Shown here: positions 50,938 through 63,929 of the stretch, piece by piece
Layout of the letters: each line of letters opens with the position of its first letter
Position numbering within the stretch: position 1 is the stretch's first letter
DNA from: Malacoraja senta
Taxonomy: Eukaryota
Reading direction: 5' to 3'
DNA: 64,000 nucleotides
Assembly: GCA_038087875.1 (NCBI GenBank)
Contig: CM075997.1
Location: 1,552,001-1,616,000 of the forward strand
The notes under the pieces: model-generated
The model's input: the letters and a program-made list of their open reading frames with translations, nothing else
Told to the model about the DNA's origin: nothing
Database searches by the model: none
Translations under genes and position numbers: made by a program

Positions 50938-52448
50938 TAACTAGAGGACATCTCGGATGTCTCAGAGTGGAAAGCCTTATCTTGGGAGCAGCTGCAGCTG
51001 AGATAGAGAAATTGAAAGTAGGGTATAGTGTCTTTGCAAGAGGCCAGGTGTGAGCTCACAAACTGCCTTGCATACTCATTCAAATCTTTTAAACAAATGA
51101 CGAACAGCAATGGGCCCAGCACCAATCCTGTGGCACACCACCAATAAAAGGCCTGCAGTCTGAACCACAATCTTCCATCATTCTCGGCTTCCTACCAGTG
51201 GAATGGAACATTGTTCAAGCATCAGTGAACTTTAAGATGACAAAGCGGAAAATGTTTGGCCATCGGATACTATCCTGGGAAACTCTCACGGTGATGTTGT
51301 GGTTTTGGAATAATTGACCTCCCTCAACCATTGTCCTTGAAGTTGCAACTTCAACAATTGGGATGGTTTTCCCATAGCCTATTTATTGATTTTGCTTTTG
51401 CCAGGGTACCCTGACATCATGTTCAGTCAGATGCTCTATCAATATCAAAGGCAGTCACACTTCCTATCTCTGGAATTCATGTGTTTGGTCCATATATGGA
51501 CCATTGAGGTCTGCAGGCTAGTAGATCTGGTTGGATCCAAACTGACCATCATTATGTTGGTTATTAATTAGTAGTTGCTACTTGACAGCACTGTTGATGA
51601 AGCCTGTTATCTCTTTAATATGAGCAAATGGATTGGATACTAATAGGCCAATTTGATTTTATCCGGCTTTTTCTGTGCACAACATACTTGGTTTTCCATA
51701 TTGTTGGACTGAAAGACAGCAAAAAACAATGCTGAAAAATCTGTGTCTTTGTACTATGATTTAAGTAAGTAATTAGATTTACTGCGGCAATTGGGTCAAA
51801 GTCACAACCAAATTATATTTGTTGCAGGAACTGTTTTCAAATCTTTATTGCATTAGTTTATCCAATGTTAATAGAGCTTTGATGGAGGCAAACTGAGGTG
51901 GGGTGGAAAGGTTAACACTCAACCAACAAATTGGTTGAACATGCAAAGCTGGCTGGTGTAAGCAGAACAAATTTGGCTTTTTAATGAAATAGCTGAAAGA
52001 AGCGCAGTTTTGAAATGTTTCCATATGTGTGAAAACATGTGTACTTCGGCACACATAACAATAATAAACTAAACTAAACTTGGAGCAAGACTTTGTATAG
52101 AGTCCATTAAATATGAACTTTGTTTATGAGGAGGCATTACAGTGGTATAAACCGTATATTTTTATTTCTTTATTAGCATTGGTGATAATGCTTTACTATT
52201 ATACTGCCAGAATAGTTTGTAAATATCTTGGTTTCTAGAATAATGCAGATTGAATCTTTGTGTCTGCTGATGTTAATTGGTGTCTTCAGTTGTGGAAGTA
52301 AAACATGATTTAAATCAACATGTTCTCAAGGTGGAAATGTTCTGTTTTATTTGTCCTCTCCGGGGAATAGTTTTGTGGGAGGTGAATGCCCTGCACCACA
52401 TCCAAATGGCCATAATTTATGTTTTGTACTCAACAGCAAATGTTTAAA

Positions 52449-52647
52449 GTGTTAAAGAAGGAGCTGGAAAATCGAAGGTACACAAAAAAGCTGGAGAAAC
52501 TCAGCGGGTGCAGCAGCATCTATGGAGTGAAGGAGATAGGCAACGTTTCAGGCCGAAACCCTTGGGTTTCGGCCTGAAACGTTGCCTATCTCCTTCGTTC
52601 CATAAATGCTGCTGCACCCGCTGAGTTTCTCCAGCTTTTTTGTGTAC
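52449..52647. mobile_element. Near-perfect Penelope fold-back palindrome (arms about 85 bp, 2-nt loop)
   Basis: Centre ...gaaaccc TT gggtttc... at 52562-52563, with a perfect 15-bp TSD cagcaaatgtttaaa at 52434-52448 and 52648-52662. Confidence 0.9.
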
Positions 52648-55600
52648 CAGCAAATGTTTAAATGTGCTACCCCTGTATTCTTCCTTTCCTTGTCTGTTAT
52701 TTTCATATAGTTGCATTACTACAGGGTATTAAATGGGCGTCTCTCACAGAAACTGTAGGAAATGTATCCCATCTGCAGTTTTAATTCAGTCTCCAGTTGC
52801 TTCTGCAGTCACTGACGGGTGTGTAACTGCTGTAACTTTAATGATTTATACCTCCTCTGCTGGAAAGTATGCACATAGGGATAGGGGGAATGAGTTTGGG
52901 TTAGGTTTAAATTTTTGGAAAAAATATGCTTTAATCTTTCATATTACAGAGTAGCCACGGGTATTTTTATGTCTTGCGTTGTGCAAGATCTCTACGTGAT
53001 CTCTGCTTGATAGGCCTCAATAGTATGTCATGCCTGAATTTTGTAATTTATGGTATTGCTTGCTGGTGTTGTTTTCCCCCGGCTTTGTTGATGTCTGTTT
53101 TTAAAAGGTGGTAAATGTTTCCCTGAAACTTGTGATCTAATCACTTGGATGTGTGAAAATGGGAAAGAATAAGATTGGCAATTTACTTGCATATTGCAGG
53201 ATGGAAAGATACTTGTGATGCGAACAGTTTTATTCACAGCAGAATGCAATTGGTTTTGTCATTAGGATTTTAAACATTGTTAACTTTTATAGTTGTGCTT
53301 TAAGTTCAAAATTCTTGAAACTGGGGTCCTAGATTTGATGATGTATGTTTTTTGTGTACTGGTACACGTGGTATTTTTCGATCTAGAGACTTGTAGCTGC
53401 TTTCAATCAATGAAACAATGTTTAATAAAATTGAATTCTGGATGCTAACCTGTGGGTAGAGGCTACGAAATCTCGAGAATTAATCCACAGAGAATGTTTA
53501 ATGTGGCATTGGGCTTTTGTAGTAGGTAATGAAGAAAATTAGGGGCAGATCAGTTTGCAGGAGCTTTTGAAGGATGGGTGACCTGCACAAACGTACTTGG
53601 ATATTTTTTTTGGAGCTGAAGCTCTGCTGTGATCATGGAATGTAAAGAGGGACCTGGATTATCTTGCAGGTCAGAGCTTGAAGAGAAGAGCGAGCAGGCA
53701 AGGACATTCTATAAAAGAGCTTACAGGGACGGAGCAGACCTCGTCTTAAAGTTTTGAATTTGATACATAAAGGGATGCAGAGCTCTTACGATACGCTACA
53801 TCTATCGGATAATTTAAGTCCACAAAACGTTAGATTTTGTGGCCAGCAAAGAAGTGGTTGCAATTTTTTTCAACTTGTGTACACAAGCCAAGAAATGGGA
53901 GCAGGAGTGACCACCTCAAAAATCAAAGACTTCCTCTGTGCCAGTTTCGCATAGCCTACAATTCCCTATTATTTCTTAGGTTTAGCTACCTCTTTAAATG
54001 TCTGCAGTGATCCGACCTCCAGCAGAGAGAATTCCAGACATTTGCAGCCTCTGAGTAGAAATTCCAATACAACTTGGTTTTAAATGATGTCGTCTTTATT
54101 GTGACTCTTTCCTCATTCGAGACACTCCCACTCATGAAATCATCTCAATTCGCCCTGGCAGTCCCCTTGGTATCTTTCTTTGGTTTGCGGGCTGAGTGAT
54201 GGAAGAGGCCCTCCACTGACCTGGGTTATACCTGGATCGAGAGATGCTCCAGTACATTGACCACGTGGATCAGACTTTGCCATTTTTTGTAAATGGCTCA
54301 AAAATATGGCGAATCGTGCATGTGGGCTATGCAAAATGAATTTCACCATGTAGTGCATTCATGACAATAAAGAACTATTGAACCATGCTTCAGTAAGATC
54401 ACCACCATTCTTCTAAACTCATACAGGTTTAACATTTCTAGCTATTTGTGATAGAGCAACCCATTGATGCTGGAATGTTTTTCTTAAACAAGGGAACCAA
54501 AACCATGCACAGAATATGCATCTCTAACACCCTCGACAATTATAACAGTATCACTCTCTATTTCCAAATCCAACCCCCTTTGCAATAGAGCCTTCACGTA
54601 CTCGCTGTACCTGCATTCTACCTTTTTTATTGAATGAACCTATACATGATTTTTTATGAAAGTTAAGTCGAGTTTCACAAATTTGTTACACTTGACCTGA
54701 CTCTGCTTATTGCTTCATTGAACATGGGGAGCCTGTAGATACAGTGCGTTTGGATTTCCAGAAGGCATTTGATAATCATGCTGTATAAAAGGCTAACCTT
54801 GATCCGCTGCTCTAGAAAATCAAAAGACTGTCTCTCAATTTGTAACATTAAACTCTGTCAACTTTTTGCTCACTCATTCAACCTACCATGTCTTGTTGCA
54901 ATTCAAATATCCTCATTGCAACATATGCTTGCATCAATGTATGTCATCAATAAACTTCAATAGTCTCTGGTCTGCCCCATCTGCAAGCCAATAATATAGT
55001 AAATAATTGATGACCAAAAGGTGATCCTGGTGACACACCACTAGTTACGTCTATCCAGCCAGAAAAAGGCAGATCTTTGCCTTCTATATGTGAAGTAGTT
55101 TTCAATCCATGTTTGTAAATTGTCCCGCCACCATGAGCTCTTGTATTCTTTATGTGGATCTGTTATCAAACATCTTGGGGGAAATTGAAATACGCTACTT
55201 CTATGGGTTCTATTCTACACTTATTGAGTAACACTGGTAAATTTGCCAAATGTGATTTGCCTTTCATAAAACGTGCTTTCTTGTATTATTTCTGTCTATG
55301 ACCAACATTTTCTTAGCCAACAGATGTTAAGCTAACTGGTATTTAGTTTCCTACTCTTTATCGGAAATTATGAGTCACGTTTGCAGTTTACCAATCTGCA
55401 GGTACCCTTCCAGAACTTTAGGTATACTTTTCAAAACTAATGTCACAAGCAAACTAAAGAATAAGAACAATATAAATATACATGGATCAATGCACCAGTT
55501 TTCTCAGCTGTTTTCATTGTTAAACTTTTAAGCCTCACAATCTATTTTCAAGACGTTTTAATGCAAGTCGTGAATATGCAGTTATGAAAACCACTGGATT

Positions 55601-56618
55601 TATTTTTGAAATCACAAGGATCTGCAGATGTTTTGTGCTGAAATTACACTGACAAGATATCATTAAAAAAAAAACTTTTATATTGCTACAAGGAAATGTT
55701 ACTGTAGTTGACTTTTCAATTGCTTCTGTCAGTTTTTATCCACTACGGAAGTTGCTGGCTTGTGTAATTGTACCAATGGTATATATGTACAATTACACAA
55801 GCCAGCCCCCCCCCCCCCCCCCCCCCCCGCACTGTCATTATGTGTTTGTGGGTTATTTCAGCAAGAAAAGCATATACACCAGCACTCTAAGGCTGTGGGA
55901 GCTGGAAATAGTTCAAGAATGCTGTTGGTGCTACCCCAGCAGAGATGAAGTAAGAAATCTGGTACCTTGTGGTTTGCATAATTCAGTATCTCATTCAGCT
56001 TTGTATCATCCATTAAGCCACTGAGGGAGCTCATCCAATGTATTTAGTTATGAATAAGCCTGCCTGATGATGAAATATGTGGCTATTTGATGGGCAATTA
56101 ATGGAAGCATAAATATATGTATAGTCCAGACTTGAAGCTCCCTAAGTGAAGCATTTTATTTCACATTGAGCCTCTGCAATTAAAATAGTACACCAGACCT
56201 TGCACTGTGAATGGTAATTTTGGATGGGTGCTGATGTGAATTCGCTGTAACATCTATCTTGAAAATATGAAAAAATATATTAAATTGCTAAAACGGATCA
56301 ACTCTGCTTCCACGAAATGTAAAAATTGTATTAAAATTGTACTATGACTTGACTAGCAGCTGTGGTAAACTGATTGTGGCTGGGTATTTTACTTGCAAGA
56401 ACTCGATTTGTGCATTTTTCACAATTTTCCAGCAAAGGTGGTTATTGAATTGGTTGCAAGGAATAATTCTTGCTTAGTCCAACACATTCTGTCAATCCTT
56501 GTGTGTCTAATTCCTTGCAGAGAATTATTGCTAATTGTCCCTCGATTATCTTAACAGGTTGTGCTATTCAACTTTAAAATTTTGATCTGTATTAAAACAA
56601 TTTATAATTTCCTCATTA

Positions 56619-56898
56619 GGGCGCAGCGGTAGTTACTGCCTTACTGTGACAAGGACCCGGGTGCGATCCTGACTAAGTGGGCTGTCTATACGGAGTTTGA
56701 ATGTTCTCCCTGTGACCGCGTGGGTTCTCCCCGGTTGCTACAGTTTCCTCCCACATTCTAAAGACGTGTGGATTTGTAGGTTAATTGGCTTCATTAAATC
56801 ATCCCTAGTGTGTACGGGTGATCATTGGTCGGCGTGGACACCATCGGAGAAGGGCCTGTTTCCATGTTTTATCTCTAGAACTAAACCTAAACTAAATT
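56619..56898 (+). mobile_element. HE1-like SINE
   Basis: ggcgcagcggtag head and ctagaactaaacctaaactaaa tail. Confidence 0.85.
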
Positions 56899-57971
56899 TA
56901 ATCCACTTTTTTAATCATTATCAAATATCTTTTGATTGCCAAAACTTCTCTATCACTCCAATAAATACGCACAGCCATTACAAACCATTTTTTGAACCCT
57001 TATTCAATTTTTTTTCTTAATTTATGTTTCAAGAGAAGTAATTACTCCCCATAACGGAAACCTGGATCATTATAAGCCCTTCTTATTTGAGTAAATTTAA
57101 TGCTGGTGCATTGAAGTTAAGAGTGAATTTTTTTTATCAGAGACTAGATAAGTCTTCATCAGCTATTATGCCCGACCAGCTCTTGTATGCTCTATGAAAA
57201 GCCTGTTCACACCCATTTTGTAATTGCTTGTTCTGAGCAACCTGTCATTGTTGGCAGTAATGATGTGTCTAGGCTCGGTATGGCATGAGGAAATAGCAAA
57301 AGAAGGATTTTAAAAAATCTGTTGTGGCTGGAAGTCGTCTTGTATCTTGGACGTCAGTAAGATTAAAATACCATATCTGTGTAATGCATTCTAAGTACTT
57401 TGTCCTCTCTTTAAGATAAGCACAGGGTCACTTTTGTTTCCTCCAGTGGGTATAAAGCTTATTAAATAATTTTCACATAGTCATAGAGTGTGGAAATAGG
57501 CCCTTTGGCCCAACTCGCCCACACCGGCCAACAATGTCCCAGCTATACGTAAAGAAACTAGTAAATTCCTGTTGAAACCAAACTGCATATCTCTACCTCT
57601 ATGGTATTCCAACCAATTAAACAACGATTAATTTTCTTCCATAAAAGCCCAACATTAAACTAAAAGCTTAATTAGATCTAAGAGCTATTTACTTGTCTCT
57701 GCTGGGCTGTTTTTTGTTGAGGCTTTTGCTGAGATGGGACATTTGATTTTTGTCTCATTCCCTCAGGCTGTCCTTTTTGATGTATTGTTATTCCTCAAAT
57801 TGTAAATTGTACACACTGACATAAATTGAGTACAGAATTGGTTTTCTTGTGATATGTGTTCCAGTAACCTTTGGACACTTCAGGTCAAGATGTATACATG
57901 AAGCATGGCCATTTAGGTAATTACGTTCAGAGGCACTCGTGAAACATAACCAAATTGACAGATGGGAAGGT

Positions 57972-58062
57972 GGACACAAAATGCTGGAGTAACTCAGCGG
58001 GACAGGCAGCATCTCTGGAGAGAAGGAGTGGGTGACGTTTCGGGTCGAGACCCTTCTTCAGA
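57972..58062 (-). ncRNA. Penelope end with intact hammerhead core on the minus strand (58034-58061)
   Basis: Minus strand CTGAAGAAGGGTCTCGACCCGAAACGTC-ACCC. Confidence 0.6.
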
Positions 58063-59379
58063 TGGGAACTTGGGCAAGGGAAGAACTGGAGTGGTTTTTA
58101 TCTCAAAGGCAGGTTTTAGCCATGACACACCAAGCACTTGTAGGAGTTTTCTGAGGTATAATTCTGAGGTAAGAACTTTGTAGGTGCACAAAATGGCTTC
58201 TGATTAATAAAGTGGAATATGATATAAGACACATTGGTTTGATCAATGAAGACAGGGTATATACATTAAGTTGCTGTAAAATAATTTTGTTGGAGACGTG
58301 CTATGGGCATTGAAATATCCCGTCCAGAGTACATCTATGCCTTTGTTAGTTTCATTGCCATTTCCAAATATTGAGAAACATGTTGGAGCATTCATCAGTT
58401 GAGGGATATAATGAACATAATTCATCAGCTGAGAGCCATCAAAGTTGGTAATCAACAACATGTTTCCTTGTCCATGTTTAATGTGCGCAATGAGACTTCA
58501 TGGAATCTATAATGAATCCTAAGGGCTACTCCTTCCAGCATCATATCAGTAAAACAAGGCATACTATGGGATTTTAATGGAGGAGTCTGGTACATTGTTT
58601 ACAAGCTTTGGCATTGCTATGTGTTCAATATAATGTTCTTTAGTGTTTGAGTCATAAATATTGTTCTAATTTGAAAAAATGATAAAAACAACTACTTACT
58701 TGACACTTCGAACAATTGCTTTTATGGTTAATTAGTAATTCACTGAATTTTAAATCCGGTTTTGTGAAATATTTTTAGTCTCCTTTCCTAACAATTCAAT
58801 GCGCCATCTTGGAGCCACAAATAAAAATGTATTAATTTATCAGAGGTACAGAGGATTTTAGTGCCAGTAAAAATCACCATCACAGAATATAAGTTATTAC
58901 TGGGGAGAAGGGGAACATCAGGCTATTGTGTCGTTAAGTGAATCATTATTTTTGTTTTCGATCCATTGGGTATGCCTTTACCACTTTTATAGTTCATAAT
59001 CTTTTAAAGGGCTTGCAGTGATTTAGAAATAGCTTTGTTTGAGGGGAAAACCCAGTCTCTTTGACTTGGTTTAATACTTTATCCATCATTTCCTGCCCTT
59101 TGCTTAACTAATGACTTGGAAATAGAGCTATAAATATTTGAAAGAACTTATTTCCTTGATTACAGAAAGTTAAATTGAGCAACCTGATGGTGCTTAGCAT
59201 GAAATTCTTCTGTAATGCTGACAGATGATATCAAATAATTTGTAGTAATTACATAATGAAAGCTACCATGCCTCAGAAAATATCTCTGTTTTTGGCTTTT
59301 GTTTGGAACTGTTTTTAACCCCATAAGAGTAAAACCACAATCTTCTAGTGCACGTAATGGTTTCTAGTGCTAATTTGTA

Positions 59380-60190
59380 CAGTGTACTCCATAATGTTTG
59401 GGACAAAGACCCGTCATTTATTTACTTGCTTCTGTACTCCACAATTTGAGATTTGAAATAGAAAAAAAATCACATGTGGTTAAAGTGCACATTGTTAGAT
59501 TTTAATAAAGACCGTTTTTATACATTTTGGTTTCCCCATGTAGAAATTTCCAGCAGTGTTTATACATAGTCCCCCTCATTTCAGGCACTGTAATATTTGG
59601 GACACAGCAATGTCATGTAAATGAAAGTAGTTATGTTTAATATGTGGTTGCATATCCTTTGCATGCAATGTCTGCTTGAAGTCTGTGATTCATGGACATC
59701 ACCAGTTGATGGGTGTCTTCTCTGGTGATGCTCTGCCAGGCCTGTATTGCAGTCATCTTTAGCTTATGTTTGTTTTGGGGGCTAGTACCCTTCAGTTTTC
59801 TCTTCAGCATATAAAAGGCATGCTCAATTGGGTTCAGATCAGCTGATTGACCATTTTTTTAGCTTTGGAAAAACTCATTTGCTTTAGCAGTATGTTTGGG
59901 ATCATTGTCTTGCTACAGAATGAACCGCTGGCCAATGAGTTTTGAGACATTTGTTTGAACTTAAGCAGATAGGATGTGTCTATACACTTCAGAATTTATT
60001 ATGCTACTACCATCAACAGTGTGTCATCAAATAAGATAAGTCAGCCAGTTTCAGCAGCCATACATGCCCAGGCCATAACACCCCCACCACCCTGTTTCAC
60101 AGATGAGGTTGTATGCTTTGGATCTTGGGTAGTTCCTTCAATCCTCCATACTTTGCTCTTGCCATTACTCTGATATAGGTTAATCTTCAT
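59380..60190 (-). mobile_element. Second, truncated copy of the Tc1 element (one TIR plus transposase C-terminus)
   Basis: TA|CAGTGTACTCCATAATGTTTGGGACAAAGAC, colinear with 37627-38460, and retains DLNPIEHA. Confidence 0.9.
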
Positions 60191-60304
60191 TACCAGGTAC
60201 CTGCACATCCACGCCATTGATGGAGACGGGGGACAGGGGTGTTCCTCTCCTCCTAAAGTCCACCACTAAATCCTTAGCCTTGTCAGTGTTGAGCTGCAGG
60301 TGAT

Positions 60305-60417
60305 CCCATACGCCTCCGCGATTCGAATTGGGACCGGCCCCGCGAGGCCGTACACCTCAAGCGACCACGTTTGGTCGCGCTAGACGCATGCAATCGCATG
60401 CTGGTGGGACAGGCCCT
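60305..60417. mobile_element. Right end of a Harbinger-type MITE
   Basis: Ends GTGGGACAGGCCCT followed by TTA. CpG-rich; no left TIR found. Confidence 0.6.
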
Positions 60418-60805
60418 TTACAATATGTTATTCAGATAAGTGCAGTATTAGAATATCATCCATCTTCCTGTCACGGTTGTTGTAGCAACTTCAAAGGTCA
60501 TTAAGAGTGTTCGAATGCTGTTCGAAAACTTAATGCCTTTTGAAAGCTAGTCTATTGCAACACAATTTATGATGGTTGCTTGCAAATTGCCAGATTTCGC
60601 AACTTTGGCATTTTATCTTGTGATCTTTGACTCCTCTGGTAGAATCCTTGTGGAAGCACTTACCCAAATGATGCAATGTGTTGCATGAAATACCAGGTCT
60701 TGCAGAGCGTTCAACCATCCAGAGATGGCAAAACAAGTTGTGGTGACCTGTTGCTGTTCCAAATTAAATTGCTTGATTTGTTCCAGAGTCACAACAGCTT
60801 TACTT

Positions 60806-61021
60806 ATGTTTAAGAAAGAACTGCAGATGCTGGAAAAATCGAAGGTAGACAAAAATGCTGGAGAAACTCAGCAGGTGAGGCAGCATCTATGGTGAGAAGA
60901 AACAGGCGACGTTTCGGGTCGAGACCCTTCTTCAGAAGAAGGGTCTCGACCCGAAACGTCACCTATTCCTTCTCTCCAGAGATGCTGCCTCACCCGCTGA
61001 GTTTCTCCAACATTTTTGTCC
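60806..61021. mobile_element. Penelope fold-back palindrome centred on 60934 with intact minus-strand hammerhead core
   Basis: Arms 60848-60933 and 60935-61020, with a flanking repeat ac(a/g)gctttactt at 60794-60805 and 61022-61033. Confidence 0.88.
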
Positions 61022-61935
61022 ACGGCTTTACTTTTGTCAGTTTAGCCACCATTATTTAATATAAACCTACTCAATGCCGGATCCAATGAAGTATGGTAAT
61101 GATATTTGTTATATGTGGTTTGAGAGTTTAAATAGAAAATGGATGGAGAGAACTATCTTTGGACAGGTTAAATGAGGTAAACAAGTTTGAAATGGTGGTT
61201 TAGAATAGAGTTGGGTTGATGATTTTCATAGTTTTAAATGTCTAGAATTCTACCTTACCTAGTAATTTGTGTTTAAGTAGAATTTCGGGTTGTAGCAAAT
61301 GCATAAACAATCATTTATTTGGAGTGGTGTTTGCGTGCGCTCTGTGCGTGTGGGTTTCCTCGCCAGGTGCTCTGAGTTCCTCCTATGTACAAGTGGCTAC
61401 TATAAGTTCCACTTGTATGCAAGTGAGTGGTGGTATCTGGGGGGATTTATGGAAATCTGTGGGATTAAATGGGTTAGAGTATGTTGAGTATAAAAATTGG
61501 TATGTGGTTGATGCGGACCAGTTGGACTGAAAGGCCAGTTTCTCTGCTGTATCTGATATAGCAGGTTGAGTAAAGTAGCTTCAAGCAGCTATCTTCACCT
61601 TTAAACTTCTCCTCCCATCACCAGTCTCACCATCTGCCTTTTTGTCTCTCACTGCCTCCCTCCATCATCAATTGTCCTCTGTCTCCCAATTCCACCCATT
61701 CTGGTCCACCTCTTTCACTGCTGTCACTGCATTATACCAGCTATCTTCCCCCTCCACTATCAATCCTGATGCAAGGGTTGACCATTCCTTTACATGTTCA
61801 CGTTCTGTTTCACTCGATTCAGTTCCTCCAGCCGTTTGTTTGTTGCTTTGCTTTAATTGTGTGGACCAAGCAGCTTTCCTGCACTCCCAATATTTCCGCT
61901 GTTACTCCAACATTTTGTGTCTATCTCTGAATATT

Positions 61936-62192
61936 ATTTAGTTTAGAAATATAGTGCAGAAACGGGCCCTGAGTCCCTGCCGATCAGCTATCCCCGCAAA
62001 CTAACACTATTCTACACACACCAGGGACAATTTACAAATTTTACCGAAGCCAAATAACCTACAAACCTGTGTGTTTTTGGAGTATGGGAGGAAACCGGAG
62101 CACCCAGAGAAAACGTATGCAGGTCACGGGGAGAACGTGCAAACTCCATACAGACAGCATCCATTGCCAGGATAGAACCAGGGTCTCTGGCG
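61936..62192 (-). mobile_element. HE1-like SINE (5'-truncated)
   Basis: Same body and tail as the other copies. Confidence 0.8.
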
Positions 62193-63929
62193 CCTAACCA
62201 GGTTCTAAACCCCCCAAAAATGGTTTTAAATGTTTCAAAATTGTGATATTGAAGTTTTAATCTTGTGCTTTTTTTCAACGCTTATTATTGGCGTTGGGCA
62301 TAAAATTGGTTCCTTTTGAAAGATGTAGTTTGAGAAATTAAGAACAAAATGTACAAACATACATTCAATTCCATTGGTAAAAGGAAAACATGAGTGAACA
62401 TCTCAGTCGCAGGCTTTTTAAAATAGAAACATGCCTCCCAATCAAGTCAAATCAACTAATGAATATGGCTAATATTTTTTCTTTAAATTATTTTCCAGAA
62501 TTTTTATCAATTTTTATTTTCAATTTCATTAGTAGTTTTATTTTTAGCAGTACAGTAATTGTCACATGTCGGGCGAGGATTTTGAGCTACACAATGTTAG
62601 TTACATCTCTGTCTTTGTTGTTGCGGCAGAAACAATTTGAAGCGATAAATTAAGAATGTGACACAAGAAGGAAATTGGTTTTAAGTGCAATTTTTCATCC
62701 ACTAAGTAACCCCAGAGAGAATACTTGACTACACGCAGCCTAGCTCTGAAAGGCTGCCAATTTTCACTGAATTGTATTTTTTTCCACTTGGTGTGAAGCA
62801 TGCTCGCTTGTAATGTGCTATTTTACACAGCCACGATGGACATCCTAAGTATAACGGGTTTTTTTTTAAAGGAGGGGGTTTCTCTAGCTTCATAAATGGA
62901 CATGCAAAGTGTGCATGTGTTCACCCATATTACCAAGTTCCATTGGTGTGTATGTACATGCTCTAAAACCTAAATGTATTTTAACTTAATTCTGGTCTAT
63001 TCTTCTGTCCTTAACCGAATTAGATGGAATGTGCCTAGCATGAATTTTTTTTCTTGCTTCCTTTTACAAGAAAGAATACTGCACATAATATCTTTCCCTC
63101 CTTGAATTAAGCTGCAGAACAGCAGCCTTTGTGGAGAATTTGGATTTATTTTTGCCTATCTGTGCCTGTTTTTTGTCGTTGTGGATAGCTTCAGTTGTAA
63201 TATCAAGTTATTCCATCCATGGAATAAGAGTAAGTGCAATTCCCCTGTTACTGAATAGACGCTGTAGTTAGGAATAATTTATAATGTATACAGGGAGAGA
63301 GCACTTGCATGGCATAATTGAGTTCTTTATATTGATCCATGAAACTATTAATGCTACTCTGATGTAATTTTTTTTTCTGTGCAGCAGGGACAATGGCTTT
63401 GAAATTAGTTTTTTACAAATAGCCTCCCATTGTCAGCATTGGTGTTTAGTCTTATGCTAATGAGGCCCACAGGATTAATCTGATCATAATTAGCCTGTCC
63501 AACTGAAATGTTTAAATGTTAAATGAACTCTATAATTCTACTTGATTGCTGCTATGTGGAATTAATTTCTCTGGAAAGTTTAATTTTGACATTTCATTGT
63601 CCCTAGATTGACTGGTAATTAAAACTGTTACTATTATAAGACATTTATGCAAAGATATTTTGGGTTTGTTTCCAAATTGTGCTGAGTAAGTTATCTCTCC
63701 TGTGCAGCTTAAACACTTAACATTAGCTCCATGTTATTTACATATATCTTTTAACAACAACTTAGTCCGGTCTGGCCTGTTCTGTAATACTATAGCAGGG
63801 AGGAAAGAATTGATCTTGGTAAAGGGAAGATAAGTTATATATAACAAGGAATTGTCATTTTGGTTTTTTTTGTACCATTAACATAGAATAGAAGAATGTC
63901 CACCCCAGATCCAACTTGTCTAATGGAGC

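Noticed and set aside
2497..61021. Recurrent 28-nt motif considered as a CRISPR-like repeat array or as pre-miRNA hairpins
   Set aside because: The copies are dispersed, in both orientations, embedded in Penelope ends with TSDs and in eukaryotic context. There is no regular spacer structure and no evidence for miRNA processing.
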